A stretch of 64,000 nucleotides of DNA, taken from positions 928,001-992,000 of the forward strand of contig CAWJRG010000009.1 of NCBI GenBank assembly GCA_963845185.1, read 5' to 3'. This document shows positions 49,145 through 59,901 of this stretch, in pieces. The stretch's first letter is position 1, and every line of letters begins with the position of its first letter. The notes beneath the pieces are model-generated. The model saw nothing but the letters and a program-made list of their open reading frames with translations, was not told where the DNA came from and searched no databases. The DNA is from an uncultured bacterium (GTDB lineage Bacteria; Oederibacteriota; PGYV01; CAWJRG01). Both the position numbers and the translations under genes were made by a program.

Positions 49145-51485
49145 TTTTTATATTCACCTGCTTTAACTGCCTGTATAATTGTGATCTTTGGTCTTCTTTT
49201 TGTCCAAAAAGCTTAAAACTTTCTTCTAAAACTGAAATTGCATCATTTATTCTGTCCATTTTATAGTAAATAAATGCAATATATAAGTAAATTTCAGGCG
49301 TTGGTGTTTCATTTTTGGACTTTTCGAAGTTTTCCAACGCTGTTGGTAAATTCCCTGTTTCAAAATAATACACTCCTATATTTCTGAATATTATAGCAGT
49401 TTTATACTTCTTTTCAATTAAAAAATTATATAGGAAAAAAGCATGTTTATAATCCTTCTTTTCTATGCTTTTATTAGCTTCCGCAAGTATCATCTCAAAC
49501 TGCGTACTAATATCAATAGAATCTATTATTTTAATTGCTTCATTTATTTTTTCATTTCTGCTGCCTAATTTTAATGCTGTTTCAAACATTTCCCTTGCTT
49601 TAGGCAGATTTTTTATATGATAGTAAATAAATCCGGCGGTCTCGTATGCCGGCAGGAAATCCCTCTGTTTTTCGATTGCCTTATCAAGGCATTCAAGTTC
49701 GCTGTCAACATCACCCATGCCCCGGTAAGCCAAAGACATATTATAATAAATGCCATTCTCTGGTTTTTTAACATTAAAAGCCAATGCCTTTTTATAAAGG
49801 CCTATTGACTCATTATACCTTTTCTCGCCAAGAAGGGCGTTTCCCTGGTTGACCATGCAGACTGGATACCATGTGATAAGGTCCGTGTTTCTCTTGTTCG
49901 CAAGGGACCTGTCGTTTACGCCCCTGTAAGAATATAACTGGTATATATAAGGCGGTATATATTCATCTTTCTTTAGGATTTTCAAAAGCAGCCCTTTCTG
50001 CTTTTGTACATACTTTAATTTTGCCGCGTCGATAATCGACGAATAGCTGCTCCTATAAATCGTATTTCTATCAATAAAATTATCGACTATGCTCGGCACA
50101 CAAAAATTAAGGTCATGGTCGCGAAGCGGAATATTTCCGTATTTTTTCACAAAATCGTCTATGCCCCACTTAAAAATCAAAAAAGTCAGGGTAACGAATT
50201 TTATATCTGCTGCCCTGCCCTGCACTGTCTGGATATAATAAAGCGGCATCAGATTGTAATCGCCCTCACCCAGGTAAACACTGCCTTTATCAAGCGTTTG
50301 CAGGATATTATTGCCGAAATCGTATGAAAGGTAATCATAGCGGCTGTTATTGCTGTAAAAATTTACATTTACTTCGCTGATTATTAACAACACAACAGCG
50401 GCTGCCATCAGATATTTGATTATTTTTTTTCTGAACATTCCGTAGGTAAAAATTATTCCGCTTGAAATCGCCGGTAAAAGCGCAAATTCCGCCGGCATAA
50501 GAAATATGTCTATTATCCATTTAATCTCTTCTTTTGTCCTGTTATAAAAAATCACCATTATTATTACTATGAAAAAAATGCCTGTATAAAAATAAAATAT
50601 CCTTCTGGCTTTTTTGAAAATAATGTAAAATCCCGGCAGGGCAAAAATCCAAAGAAACAAAAAATTGGTGAAAAACAGCTTCAAGAATTCTTTAATCTGA
50701 TAAATATATAAATGCAGGCTGGGTTCTACGGGTACTGTGTACCCTTTTCTCATTATAACCCATAATAAGTTCTGCAGGGAATCCGGATTGCCCATATTAA
50801 AAATCGGTTGTCCCGAAGCCCTCACAGGCAAATAAATATACGGGCTTATGCCCAAAAGAAAAAACACGAATGCCGACGTCATAACCTTAAAATTAAGCTT
50901 TTCAAAGTACTTTATTAGAAAATAAATAAATACAGGCGCAAGTATTATCATGCTCGGCCAGTGGTTCGTCAGCGACAGTCCGTAAATATAGCTGATTAAA
51001 TAAAGATGTTTGATATTATAATTGTAAAAAAATATGAGGCTTATATAAATAAGCGCTGAGAGCAGCAAAAGGTTAAGCATGTAAATGGCCCCTTTCGCTT
51101 CGATCGCCTGGTCCCAAAAAATCAAGGAAAACGCGAGTATAAACAACTCAATATACCCCGTACCGCTACCGCCATCCTTAAAAACAATAATTGTGTTTTG
51201 CCTTATAATAAAATATGTCATCAGCAGTATAAGCAGAGCCAGGAAAGCCGAGAAAAGGTTTACCCTGAATACCGGAGTGGCAAAAGGAAGCAAAGTAAAC
51301 ACTTTCGCTGCCATGGTAAAAAGAGGGTAGCCAGGCGGATGGGCTATTGCAAGCGTGTAGGCGTCTGCCGCGGTTTCCGGCGAGTCGTCATTTTTAAAAA
51401 CCGGCTGCATTGTGTAAAGATATACTTCCAATACAGCCAATAAAATCAGGGCTAATATTGCGTATTTTTTGAATTTATTCGGCAA
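49113..51485 (-). CDS. DUF2723 (TMEM260-like, GT-C) membrane glycosyltransferase with TPR tail
   Basis: DDSPE..IAHPPGYPL, FRVNLFS, EAK..Y.L, NHW, YLPVR, GD. Confidence 0.85.
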   Translation of the reverse strand: MPNKFKKYAILALILLAVLEVYLYTMQPVFKNDDSPETAADAYTLAIAHPPGYPLFTMAAKVFTLLPFATPVFRVNLFSAFLALLILLMTYFIIRQNTIIVFKDGGSGTGYIELFILAFSLIFWDQAIEAKGAIYMLNLLLLSALIYISLIFFYNYNIKHLYLISYIYGLSLTNHWPSMIILAPVFIYFLIKYFEKLNFKVMTSAFVFFLLGISPYIYLPVRASGQPIFNMGNPDSLQNLLWVIMRKGYTVPVEPSLHLYIYQIKEFLKLFFTNFLFLWIFALPGFYIIFKKARRIFYFYTGIFFIVIIMVIFYNRTKEEIKWIIDIFLMPAEFALLPAISSGIIFTYGMFRKKIIKYLMAAAVVLLIISEVNVNFYSNNSRYDYLSYDFGNNILQTLDKGSVYLGEGDYNLMPLYYIQTVQGRAADIKFVTLTFLIFKWGIDDFVKKYGNIPLRDHDLNFCVPSIVDNFIDRNTIYRSSYSSIIDAAKLKYVQKQKGLLLKILKKDEYIPPYIYQLYSYRGVNDRSLANKRNTDLITWYPVCMVNQGNALLGEKRYNESIGLYKKALAFNVKKPENGIYYNMSLAYRGMGDVDSELECLDKAIEKQRDFLPAYETAGFIYYHIKNLPKAREMFETALKLGSRNEKINEAIKIIDSIDISTQFEMILAEANKSIEKKDYKHAFFLYNFLIEKKYKTAIIFRNIGVYYFETGNLPTALENFEKSKNETPTPEIYLYIAFIYYKMDRINDAISVLEESFKLFGQKEDQRSQLYRQLKQVNIKNDKSTNSINR

Positions 51486-51553
51486 TTTATTTCTCCTGCT
51501 TGCTTAATTTTTTATTTACACTTCTGCTGTGAATCCCGGTTTTATTTATTATA

Positions 51554-53395
51554 CTATTTTGCATTTTTCTGCCCTTTCGCCATTTGATCCACTATTGAAA
51601 GCATTTTTTCAATCTCGGTGTTTGAACCGTTCAGTGCAAGAAAACTATTTAAAGCTTTTTCCGCAGCGTCAAAATCTTTTTTGGCCATATAAGCAGTTAC
51701 TAGGTTTTTATACGCAGTATCGTAATGCGGAGCCGTAAACACCGCTATTTTTAGATATTTTACCGCGTCATCAAGGTTTCCAAGCTGTCCGCATAATGCG
51801 CCAAGCATATTATTTACTTCCGGGCAATAAGGGTTTATTTTTAAGTCCTGCCTGTAATAGTATTCCGCTTCTTTAAGGTCTCCCGTGTTCCTGTAAGCCT
51901 CTGCTAAATAATAAAACTGCCCTATGTCCATTTGCGGGCATAATTCGACAGGGTCAAGCTTTATGATTTTTTCATAACATCCTATTGCTTCCGCGTAGTT
52001 CTGTTTTTCCGCCATGCTGTTTGCTTTTTTAAGATAATGATCCGATGCCAAGGTCTTTGCGTCCTGGAAGCAAAAATAGAATATTGTCAATGCCGCAATG
52101 AGCGCCGGCGCCTGTAATTTATTTTTTTCAATTAAAATCATTTTTTTATTATCTGTAAAAACATATAAAATATACATCAGCAGGAAAAACAGAAAAGTGG
52201 TCGCCGGAATATTGTAGAAAGTATTGAAAAAAGATGTGCCCAGTATGCTGGTTATCGCCGAAATTATCCCTAATGCCGGGATCGAAAATGCTTTTTTTCT
52301 TACAAATATATCCCATCCGATTCTATAAAAAACCATAATTGCAAGTAAAAACATTCCCAGTCCAAGAAAGCCTGTTTCAGCGGCTATCAGGAGGTAATTT
52401 TGATGCGGCATCCATGTTACCACGTAAGAGAATTCTTTATTTTGGGGGCTTGCCAGCACCAGACCCTGATAATATGGATAATACAGCCTGTAATTCCCTA
52501 TGCCTTTGCCTATTACAGGAGAATCTTTTATCATAAGCATGCTTGTTTCCCACATCAAGAGTCTGTGCACAAGTGATCTTTTTTTTAATGAATAAACACT
52601 GCTGACTTTTTTTATAATAAAAGGGCTCGCTATGGCAGATAGAAAAACCAGGCATAAAAACCCAATTACTATTTTTTTTCTGTTTACTTTTATGACATCC
52701 TTCTTATAAATAAAAATAATTAAAATAAAAATAACCGTACCGCAAGCAAAACCTACATAAGCCCCGGCAACTTTCGTGTAATAAAAACAGAGCAAATTAA
52801 TTAAAAGCGCCGTCCCGGAAAGCGGCCTGTATTGTTTTTCAAAAAGGAAATACGCTGCAAGGATAAAAATCGGAATCAAAAGTTCTGTGGCAAAAAAATC
52901 CGGATTTCCTATTGTTGATAGCGGCCTGCCTGCAAAATTAGTGTTCCACATGAAAACATCGGCATTAAAGTGTTGCATTATCCCGTAAAGCGCCATTATT
53001 GTATGTGAGAAAATTATTAAAACGATAATCCTTTGTACATCTTCTTTATCGCAAATCGAATAACATAAATAAGCCCCGTATATTGCAAGAAAAAGTTCGA
53101 TAAAATATTTAAAGCTTATTGTCTTGTTTATCGAAAAAAATATTGAAATAAAACATACGATAATATAACTTATCAGCGCTATATTTAGGGGGTTTTTCTT
53201 CAGCAATATCTTTCCCGAAATGTATCCTCTTATAAAAAACAAGAAAAACAAAAGCGGAATGAAAACCCTTAAAACCATAAGCTGCGTCGGGCCAAAAGGG
53301 TCAAATGATGGTTGCCACATGACAAGAGGTATTGCAAAGACTATGAAATTAATAAGGTTTTTTATCAGTAGTCTGGTTAATTTCGAATTAAACAT
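51554..53395 (-). CDS. O-antigen ligase/O-oligosaccharyltransferase-like (Wzy_C) protein with TPR tail
   Basis: STIGNPDF, R..MW, G.GIGNY, HQNYL..AAETG.LG; C-terminal TPRs. Confidence 0.85.
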   Translation of the reverse strand: MFNSKLTRLLIKNLINFIVFAIPLVMWQPSFDPFGPTQLMVLRVFIPLLFFLFFIRGYISGKILLKKNPLNIALISYIIVCFISIFFSINKTISFKYFIELFLAIYGAYLCYSICDKEDVQRIIVLIIFSHTIMALYGIMQHFNADVFMWNTNFAGRPLSTIGNPDFFATELLIPIFILAAYFLFEKQYRPLSGTALLINLLCFYYTKVAGAYVGFACGTVIFILIIFIYKKDVIKVNRKKIVIGFLCLVFLSAIASPFIIKKVSSVYSLKKRSLVHRLLMWETSMLMIKDSPVIGKGIGNYRLYYPYYQGLVLASPQNKEFSYVVTWMPHQNYLLIAAETGFLGLGMFLLAIMVFYRIGWDIFVRKKAFSIPALGIISAITSILGTSFFNTFYNIPATTFLFFLLMYILYVFTDNKKMILIEKNKLQAPALIAALTIFYFCFQDAKTLASDHYLKKANSMAEKQNYAEAIGCYEKIIKLDPVELCPQMDIGQFYYLAEAYRNTGDLKEAEYYYRQDLKINPYCPEVNNMLGALCGQLGNLDDAVKYLKIAVFTAPHYDTAYKNLVTAYMAKKDFDAAEKALNSFLALNGSNTEIEKMLSIVDQMAKGQKNAK

Positions 53396-54387
53396 TATAT
53401 GCCGTAATAATCGCCTTCAAATATCACAATACCCGCCGCGCCGATTGCGCCGGCCAATTCCCCTAGTTTCGCCGGTAAAATCCTGCAGGCATTAAAAGGC
53501 GCTGCAAAAGCTCTTTTTCTGGTTTCTTCCCTGAGCGGTTCAAAAAGTTTCTTGCCTGCATTTATTACCCCGCCTGCTATTACTATTATCTCCGGATTTA
53601 AAATATTCACAATATCGGCTACTCCCGCGGCCAGGTATTTAATAAACCTCGCCCATACTTCTTCTGCAAGTTTATCCTTTTGGAGCAGGGCCTCGAAAAC
53701 TGTCTTTGATGTTATTTTATTTAAATCTCCCTTGAGCATTTCCGTAATTATGGAAGCTTTACCCTGCCTTATTTCTTCAACAGCTGTTTTTGCTATTCCG
53801 GTTGCTGACGCATATGTCTCGAGGCAGCCGTTTGAGCCGCATCCGCATTTTCTGCCGTTTATTTCAACCGCGATATGGCCGAGTTCGCCGGCAGTGTATG
53901 TTATTCCCCTTAAAAGTTTTCCTCCAATCACAATTCCTCCGCCAACGCCGGTTCCCAGGGTAAATCCGACGACATTATCCGAATTCCTTGCGGCCCCTAC
54001 CCATTTTTCGGCAAAGGTTGCGCAGTTCGCATCGTTTTCGACGCCTGTTTTTAATTTTAAATATTTTTCAAGCTCATCCTTTAATTTAATGTTTTTCCAG
54101 CCCGGCATATTGGGTGCGACAAGCACAATCCCTTTTTTGCTGTCAAGCGGGCCCGGAGCTCCTATCCCGACCCTGTATATATCCTTAACCGACATCCCTG
54201 CGTCTTTAATCAAGATTTTTACATTATCGCTTATATTTTTAATGACAAAATCCGGCCCTTTGTCCGCTTGCGTTGTGAATCTTTTGTCGGCAATTACTTT
54301 TCCTGTTGTTGACATTAAAACAGCAACAACATTTGTGCCTCCAAGGTCTATACCGGCTGCATATTTTTGTTTTGATGTTTTTGGCAT
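53395..54387 (-). CDS. ROK-family sugar kinase (glucokinase-like)
   Basis: GIDLGGT, ENDAN, GTGVGGG, GELGH, CGCG..GCLE. Confidence 0.93.
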   Translation of the reverse strand: MPKTSKQKYAAGIDLGGTNVVAVLMSTTGKVIADKRFTTQADKGPDFVIKNISDNVKILIKDAGMSVKDIYRVGIGAPGPLDSKKGIVLVAPNMPGWKNIKLKDELEKYLKLKTGVENDANCATFAEKWVGAARNSDNVVGFTLGTGVGGGIVIGGKLLRGITYTAGELGHIAVEINGRKCGCGSNGCLETYASATGIAKTAVEEIRQGKASIITEMLKGDLNKITSKTVFEALLQKDKLAEEVWARFIKYLAAGVADIVNILNPEIIVIAGGVINAGKKLFEPLREETRKRAFAAPFNACRILPAKLGELAGAIGAAGIVIFEGDYYGI

Positions 54388-54420
54388 TTAATCTCCTGTT
54401 AGAATGTAATCTAAACTGCA

Positions 54421-54505
54421 TGGTGCGAGGAGCGGGACTTGAACCCGCACGGATTTCTCCACATGCCCCTCAAACATGCGTGTCTACCAATTCCACCATC
54501 CTCGC
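54421..54505 (-). tRNA. tRNA-Leu(GAG)
   Basis: GCGAGGA..CATGT-TTGAGGG-GCATG..GGTTCAAGTCC..TCCTCGC-ACCA; long variable arm. Confidence 0.96.
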
Positions 54506-54561
54506 AAGGTTATATTCCCAAGTTCGATTGCTTTTTTAAAAAGGGCTCGGTATTTTCCAGT

Positions 54562-54960
54562 CTATTCTATAATACGGTATTTAACATGGCCTTCGTTGCT
54601 AATTATTATGTTAAAAAACGCTGTTATAATACTATAAAGTATGGCACCAATGACCGCGCCCCAAAAACTTGAGATTTCAAATCCTTTTACAATAAATGAA
54701 GCGAGGTAAAGCATTGCGCCGTTGATTATGAAGGTGAATAAGCCGAAAGTTAACAAATTTAAGGGTAAAGTCAAAAGGAATATCATTGGTTTTATCAGCA
54801 CATTTATTATGCCGAGAACCGCGCTTGTTGCGAAAAGTATTATTAGGCCATGCCAGCCTGGCATGGTTATTTCAAAACCTTTTATAGTTTTTACCACAAT
54901 AAAAAGCGCTGCTGTGTTAATAACCCATCTTATAAGTAACGATTTCATTTTATAATTCAT
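54562..54960 (-). CDS. YvlD/DUF360 ('phage holin family') membrane protein
   Basis: N..IKP...LLTLPL..LTFGLF..IING. Confidence 0.9.
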   Translation of the reverse strand: MNYKMKSLLIRWVINTAALFIVVKTIKGFEITMPGWHGLIILFATSAVLGIINVLIKPMIFLLTLPLNLLTFGLFTFIINGAMLYLASFIVKGFEISSFWGAVIGAILYSIITAFFNIIISNEGHVKYRIIE

Positions 54961-55414
54961 CGTAACCAGAACCTTCTTTCACCAGCTTTTTGTCCGTATC
55001 TCTAAGCCTCTGTACCAGTACTTTGATGAAAATTTCATTTAATTTGACGACAATCGAAGGATTATCCTTTTTAAAAGAATTATAATCGCTGTCGGCCAGT
55101 CTTATTACTTTTGTCGGTTTTATGGCTATAGCCGACGCTGACCGGGGAGCGGGTATAAGCATGGCCATTTCGCCGAAAAATTCTCCTGTCTTTAAATTCG
55201 CCAATATCTTATTTTCTGTTTTCTGTTTTTTTGTTATTTTGACAGCGCCGTCAGCTATTACATACATCGATTCGTCGCCTATTTGATTTTCCCTGAATAT
55301 TTCGCCCTGTTCCGGATATTCTTCTATCAGCAGCCTTTGCGAAAGTATTTTTATTTCTTCCGGAGAAAAATTCTTAAAAACATCCAATTTTGAAATTATT
55401 TCAGTATCAACCAT
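54950..55414 (-). CDS. Stand-alone cyclic nucleotide-binding domain protein
   Basis: MYVI.DG.VKI, GEFFGEMA...PRSASA. Confidence 0.9.
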   Translation of the reverse strand: MVDTEIISKLDVFKNFSPEEIKILSQRLLIEEYPEQGEIFRENQIGDESMYVIADGAVKITKKQKTENKILANLKTGEFFGEMAMLIPAPRSASAIAIKPTKVIRLADSDYNSFKKDNPSIVVKLNEIFIKVLVQRLRDTDKKLVKEGSGYDEL

Positions 55415-55415
55415 T

Positions 55416-55976
55416 TCAGCCTCCTGATTTGTTTTTTAATAAAAGTAGTATTGTTTCACCGTATTCTTTTTCTCTCAAAACTTCCCACTCCATTAAAGCT
55501 TCTCCGCAATCCTTTCTTTCCTTTCTGTGCAATTCAATCATTATTAAAGCGTTATTCAAATTATCATTTATCTTTAGTAATTTCAACAAGTTTTTTATAT
55601 GCCCTTTATTATACGGCGGGTCGGCAAAAATAATATCTGCTTTTATAGCTTTTCTTTTTAAAATATATATCGCTTGCCTGTAATCAGTCTGTATTATTTC
55701 GAATTTTTCCTTATGTATTTTCAAACTACCAGCGTTTTTAAAGATAATATCCTTGTGATCTTTATCAATAAATATTATTTTTGCCGCTCCGTTGCTTAAC
55801 GCTTCAAAACCCAAAGCCCCGGTACCCGAAAAAAAATCAAAACAGATCGTGTCTTCAATATAAGGCCTCATCATATTGAATATCGCGCTTCTTACTTTCG
55901 CAAGCGTCGGCCGTACGTCTATCCCCCTTGGCGTGAAAAGGGGTATGCCTTTATATATTCCGCTTGTAATTTTCAT
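55416..55976 (-). CDS. rsmD: 16S rRNA m2G966 methyltransferase
   Basis: RPT...R..IFN, DFFSGTGALG.EALS.GA, DPPY, YGET. Confidence 0.93.
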   Translation of the reverse strand: MKITSGIYKGIPLFTPRGIDVRPTLAKVRSAIFNMMRPYIEDTICFDFFSGTGALGFEALSNGAAKIIFIDKDHKDIIFKNAGSLKIHKEKFEIIQTDYRQAIYILKRKAIKADIIFADPPYNKGHIKNLLKLLKINDNLNNALIMIELHRKERKDCGEALMEWEVLREKEYGETILLLLKNKSGG

Positions 55977-56178
55977 CCTTTTTTCCTTATTATTTTTTAT
56001 CTTTCTGTATAACTTCGCTGATTATTCAAAATTAATAATACAATTGTAAAATTTGTTTTTTTATGAAAGCTATCCGGCTGGCTGGCTTATCTCCGGTTTG
56101 ATTTTTCAAACTTATGCAGAAATATAATCCTAATTTAATTTAAAATATTTACCGAATATTTCAATATTCAACAACAAA

Positions 56179-56532
56179 TTATTTCTTTTCCGACCCGGAT
56201 TGGCATTTGATGCAGAGTTTTGAAAAAGGCAGGGCTTTCAGGCGTTCAATGCTGATAGGATGCCCGCATTTATCGCATTGGCCGTAAGTTCCCTCTTCAA
56301 TTCTTTTTAATGCTTCTTCAATTTGCATTAATACCTGTTTGTTTTTCTCGGTTAAATCGTAATGAAGTTCCTTTTCATATATGTTTGTGGCTGTATCGGC
56401 AAAATCCTGCGCGTCATTCTGGTAATTATCCACGCTTTCCATATCCTCGGTATTATGCTTTAAAGTGCTTAATTTTTCTTTTTTCATATTAAACAACATC
56501 TCTTTTAATTCTTTTTGCCTGCTTTTTTCCAC
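56179..56532 (-). CDS. DksA/TraR C4 zinc-finger protein
   Basis: D.AD.A; AL.RI..GTYG.C..CG..I..ERL.ALP...LC..C. Confidence 0.9.
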   Translation of the reverse strand: MEKSRQKELKEMLFNMKKEKLSTLKHNTEDMESVDNYQNDAQDFADTATNIYEKELHYDLTEKNKQVLMQIEEALKRIEEGTYGQCDKCGHPISIERLKALPFSKLCIKCQSGSEKK

Positions 56533-56609
56533 TAATACACCTCTGTAAATTTTTTATCAAATTGGAAATTAAAGATTTTCTTTTAAGAATTATATTTCAG
56601 GGTAACGCT

Positions 56610-57014
56610 TTATCTTGCGCTTCCGATTTTTTCTTTTTCCTCTAATTTGTTCTTAAAATTAGAAATATCTAAAGTGCCTCTTTTTAGTTCCATGGTGGTT
56701 TTATTAGTTGCTTCTAATTTTTCATTTAAAAACATAAACGCATCCCACGGGTCCACGTGCTCTCCGCATGTAAAAAGGTCTACCGCTGCATATCCGTATT
56801 CAGGCCATGTATGTATGGCCAGATGCGATTCGGCAATAACCACTACACCGCTCACTCCATGGGGATTGAACTTGTGAAACACGTCTTCAACAACCGTGGC
56901 ATTAGCGTGTTCTGCAGCACCTATCATTATATTTTGAATGAACTTTAAGTCATTTAATTTTTTTCTGTTGCATCCGTAAAACTCAACAAGTATATGTCTT
57001 CCTAGGTTTCTCAA
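56610..57014 (-). CDS. speD: S-adenosylmethionine decarboxylase proenzyme
   Basis: [28 protein letters not shown]. Confidence 0.96.
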   Translation of the reverse strand: MRNLGRHILVEFYGCNRKKLNDLKFIQNIMIGAAEHANATVVEDVFHKFNPHGVSGVVVIAESHLAIHTWPEYGYAAVDLFTCGEHVDPWDAFMFLNEKLEATNKTTMELKRGTLDISNFKNKLEEKEKIGSAR

Positions 57015-57336
57015 TTCTTTCTCACCCCCGTCTCTGTAATTTTTATTGAGTTTTTCAAGAACCGCGTATATTAAAAATTTTTCTTTGCTCGGCCTCTTAT
57101 TTTATTTCCTGTTTCCTAAAAAATTTTAACTTCTTTTGTGTGTAAATATATACTCTCGAAAACAATTTGTCAAGTTTTTTTTAAAAAATATTGATTAAAT
57201 TTAAAAAAATAATATTATTTTTATTGACAAAAAATTATTTGGCTTGTTTTTATTCATTGCTATTTTAAATTAGTCTTTAATTTTTCTAAATTTATATTAT
57301 AATTAGTGGCAACAGATTCTATTATTCGGAGGCCAA

Positions 57337-57996
57337 ATGATCTCAAATAAGAATATTGATAATATAGTATATATAGTTAAAAAAACAGTTCAAAAATATG
57401 AAGAGCCTGTTCTGGAAAAATTTAACCGTTTGACTAAAAATCCTTACTGGGTTTTAATAAGCTGTATATTGAGTTTAAGGACAAAAGACGAAACTACCGA
57501 TCGAGTTGTAAAAAATTTATATGCAACCGCTAAAACCCCGCAGGATGTTTTAAAAATTCCTTTTAAAAAACTCGAAAAAATTTTATATCCTACCGGTTTT
57601 TATCATGTAAAAACAAAAAATGTCATGAACATAACCCGTATCATTCTGGTCAAGTACAAAGGCAAAGTCCCCGACGAACTTGATGAATTATTAACGATTC
57701 CCGGGGTAGGCAGAAAAACCGCAAATCTTGTTTTAACTGTTGCTTTTAACAAACCGGGCATATGCGTTGATACCCACGTTCATAAAATTTTCAACCGCTG
57801 GGGATATGTAAAAACAAAAAATCCAGAAAAAACCGAGTTCAGGCTGAGGGATATCCTGCCAAAAAAATACTGGATTAAGATTAATGAATATCTGGTTCTT
57901 TTCGGCCAGCATATCTGCCTGTCGGTATCCCCCCTGTGTACCGCTTGCCCCATAAAAAAATATTGCCCTAGAATAGGCGTAAAAAGGCACAGATAA
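57337..57996 (+). CDS. nth: Endonuclease III
   Basis: L..IPGVGRKTAN, VDTHV, C-x6-C-x2-C-x5-C. Confidence 0.94.
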   Translation: MISNKNIDNIVYIVKKTVQKYEEPVLEKFNRLTKNPYWVLISCILSLRTKDETTDRVVKNLYATAKTPQDVLKIPFKKLEKILYPTGFYHVKTKNVMNITRIILVKYKGKVPDELDELLTIPGVGRKTANLVLTVAFNKPGICVDTHVHKIFNRWGYVKTKNPEKTEFRLRDILPKKYWIKINEYLVLFGQHICLSVSPLCTACPIKKYCPRIGVKRHR

Positions 57997-58029
57997 TATC
58001 AATTTGGCTTTCGGCATTAAACCCCGAAC

Positions 58030-59727
58030 TTACTTATAGTCCTCTACTTCCAAAACAACGCTTTCTTCATCGTTCCAAACATTTATAGAAGGCGAGAAAA
58101 CAATATCCAGCACATGCCCTTGCTTGATTATTTCTTTGTCTGTTTCCGAATGCCCGAATAAAATAAAATTGTAAAACCTTGCGCCGGCTTTACAGTAAAA
58201 TTTCAACGTGTTGCTTTTAAAATATTTTACATCCTCGACCTCGGCGTTTTTTATCAAAAAAAGCGGTTTTGGGTTCCCTTCCCCCCATGGTTCCAGCTTC
58301 CCGAGCATTTTTATATCCTTTACTGTTATCGCCTCATTGCCTATTTCCGCGTCAATGAATAGTACCGGTTCAAACTGCTCGATAGTTTTGGTGTTTTTCA
58401 GGTGCTCGTTTATGATTTGCCTGAAGTGGCCGACATTGTCTTCCAAAAGCGTAACCCCGGCTGCCAGTTTATGCCCCCCAAAACTTTCAATTACTCCCTG
58501 AGCCTTTTTTAAGCTTTCGTAAATATTCACCGAATGGACGCTTCTCGCGCTCCCGCGTACCATGTTTTGTTCGTCTTTTGTAAGTATAAATGCCGGCCTG
58601 TTGTATTTTGCCACTATTTTGGACGCGACAAGTCCGACAATCCCGGCGTGCCAGTCCTTGTCGTAAAGCACAATTACAAAATCATCCTCGGGTTTGAATT
58701 TCCCGTTTAATTTTTCAATCGCTTCCAGTTCGGTTTTATTCATTAATTTCTTTCTTTCCTCGTTCGCGGCATTCAATTCAGAGGCTATTTTCCCGGCTTT
58801 TTCCGGGTCGTTTGAAATAAACAGCTCCACGGCTTTATTGGCGTGTTCCATCCTGCCGGCCGCGTTAATCCTCGGGCCAAGTATAAACCCGAGGTGGTAT
58901 GTGTTTATGACGGATTTTTCCTTTAATCCGGCGACAGCTTTAAGCGCTGCCAGGCCCGTGTTGCTGGTATTTTGTATTTTTTTTAGCCCTCGCCTTACAA
59001 GTATCCTGTTTTCTTTTGTAAGCGGGACAATATCCGAGACTGTCCCGAGCGCAACAAAATCAAGGAATTCATTTTTAATTTCCAGTTTGTATTTTTCAGC
59101 CAAAGCGCAAATCAACTTATATGCCACGCCTACTCCGCTCAGGTCCTTATCCGGGTAGCTTTCTGACAGTTTGGGGTTTATTACGGCATATGCATTATCA
59201 AGAGTCGCGTCAGGCATATGGTGGTCGGTTATTATAATATCGATCCCGGCATCCCTGCAAAAATCAACCTCTTTTTTCGCATTAATACCGCAATCGACCG
59301 TTATTATAAGCTTTGCGCCTTTTTCCTTTATCGCTTCAAGGGCGTTTATATTCAGGCCATAACCCTCATCCTGCCTGTGCGGTATGTAATAATCCAGGTT
59401 TTTGTAATTAAGGTATTTAAAAAAGAAAAGATAAAGCACCACAATGGCCGTCACGCCGTCAACATCATAATCCCCGTAAATGGTTATTTTTTCTTTATTT
59501 TTGACTGCCGTTTCTATTCTTGCCGTGGCTTTGTCCATATCTTCGAATAAACCCGGCGGAAAAAGGGGAACTTCGTCTTCCCTGTAAATTTCCATTGCTT
59601 TTTCAAAAGTTGTTATTCCCCTGTTGATAAAGGAATTCAGTATATATTCAGGCACATTGAGTTTTTCCTTGAGTTCGCGCCTGAGATTATCTTCCATCTT
59701 TATGTTGTCGTAGTTAAGCCATTTCAT
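58030..59727 (-). CDS. recJ: ssDNA exonuclease RecJ
   Basis: YGDYDVDG, TVDCG, TDHH, PRINAAGR, GSARS, GGH..AAG. Confidence 0.97.
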   Translation of the reverse strand: MKWLNYDNIKMEDNLRRELKEKLNVPEYILNSFINRGITTFEKAMEIYREDEVPLFPPGLFEDMDKATARIETAVKNKEKITIYGDYDVDGVTAIVVLYLFFFKYLNYKNLDYYIPHRQDEGYGLNINALEAIKEKGAKLIITVDCGINAKKEVDFCRDAGIDIIITDHHMPDATLDNAYAVINPKLSESYPDKDLSGVGVAYKLICALAEKYKLEIKNEFLDFVALGTVSDIVPLTKENRILVRRGLKKIQNTSNTGLAALKAVAGLKEKSVINTYHLGFILGPRINAAGRMEHANKAVELFISNDPEKAGKIASELNAANEERKKLMNKTELEAIEKLNGKFKPEDDFVIVLYDKDWHAGIVGLVASKIVAKYNRPAFILTKDEQNMVRGSARSVHSVNIYESLKKAQGVIESFGGHKLAAGVTLLEDNVGHFRQIINEHLKNTKTIEQFEPVLFIDAEIGNEAITVKDIKMLGKLEPWGEGNPKPLFLIKNAEVEDVKYFKSNTLKFYCKAGARFYNFILFGHSETDKEIIKQGHVLDIVFSPSINVWNDEESVVLEVEDYK

Positions 59728-59787
59728 GAAAGCCTCTTCATAATTTGTTTTCAGTATAATATTTGGTAAAGCTTTTTATTCAGCATA

Positions 59788-59850
59788 GAGACGGGGCTCT
59801 GTCCCCGTCTCAAAAAAAGGAAACAGACAGGCGCAGGGGCCTGTCTATAC
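59788..59850. repeat. Pair of REP-like hairpins between ftsY and recJ
   Basis: gagacgggg-ctctgt-ccccgtctc and agacaggc-gcaggg-gcctgtct. Confidence 0.55.
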
Positions 59851-59901
59851 GAAAGCCACAAAATCGCCCGCAATAGTATAAATAATTTAAAAATATATCA
59901 T

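Noticed and set aside
54421..54960. Prophage at tRNA-Leu implied by the 'phage holin family' gene
   Set aside because: YvlD/DUF360 is usually chromosomal; the neighbours are housekeeping genes; no duplicated tRNA 3' end was seen.
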